Positions 63,736 through 64,000 of a DNA stretch of 64,000 nt are shown one piece after another. The DNA is from the human T2T-CHM13v2.0 reference genome, Homo sapiens: positions 44,640,001-44,704,000 of the forward strand of contig CP068257.2 in the NCBI GenBank assembly GCA_009914755.4, read 5' to 3'. The notes beneath the pieces are model-generated. The model did no database searches. It saw only the letters and a program-made list of their open reading frames with translations, and was not told the DNA's origin. Within the stretch, counting starts at the first letter, position 1. The number at the start of each line of letters is the position of its first letter. The position numbers and the translations under genes were made by a program.

Positions 63736-64000
63736 TCATCCCCAGGTGTGGCCAGCTGGGCTTCATGGGAAGGCAAAAAAGTGGGCAGCAGCTGAGGCAG
63801 AGGGGCAGAACCCTCAGACCTGGGGGAAGGGCAGTCGTGACCCCCTATGCACCACCAGCCTCAGGACCCAGTCCAGAAGAACCTGTGTGTCAGGGGAGGG
63901 CGCCCCACCTGTGTACTGCCTCCAGGGTGTTAATACCTCCCTCCTAGGGACCCTCAGAGCAAGCAGGGAAGACAGGGTGGGGAGACACTGGGAGGACAGG

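Overview
This window is primate nuclear DNA, almost certainly human chromosome 21q22.3. Nothing in it is prokaryotic or looks like a novel biological system; it is a gene-dense, Alu-rich chromosomal segment. It covers three things: the 5' 28 kb of MCM3AP (GANP) on the minus strand, the whole of YBEY on the plus strand transcribed head-to-head with MCM3AP from a shared CpG island, and the 3' part of a proline/glutamine-rich gene convergent with YBEY that I interpret as C21orf58 on the minus strand. I could resolve 16 MCM3AP coding exons as a fully phase-consistent chain encoding about 1244 aa, and all four YBEY coding exons giving exactly 167 aa. The C21orf58 exon chain is only partly resolved. 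Roughly a third of the sequence is Alu (about 75 copies). The remainder includes fragments of two old L1 elements, one MaLR-type solo LTR, and other repeat fragments. The most unusual sequence-level features are a 4.5 kb array of about 61 tandem copies of a 74-bp CpG-containing unit inside YBEY intron 3, and several smaller minisatellites: a 46-bp unit with embedded (GT)n, a 41-bp GC-rich unit carrying GGCGCGCC, a degenerate 33-bp His/Pro-coding repeat, and a 550-bp (CCAN)n tract. Also worth a second look are a second CpG island over the YBEY terminal exon and a polypyrimidine mirror tract. All gene names come from my recollection of the protein sequences plus splice-site and reading-frame logic; no database search was possible.
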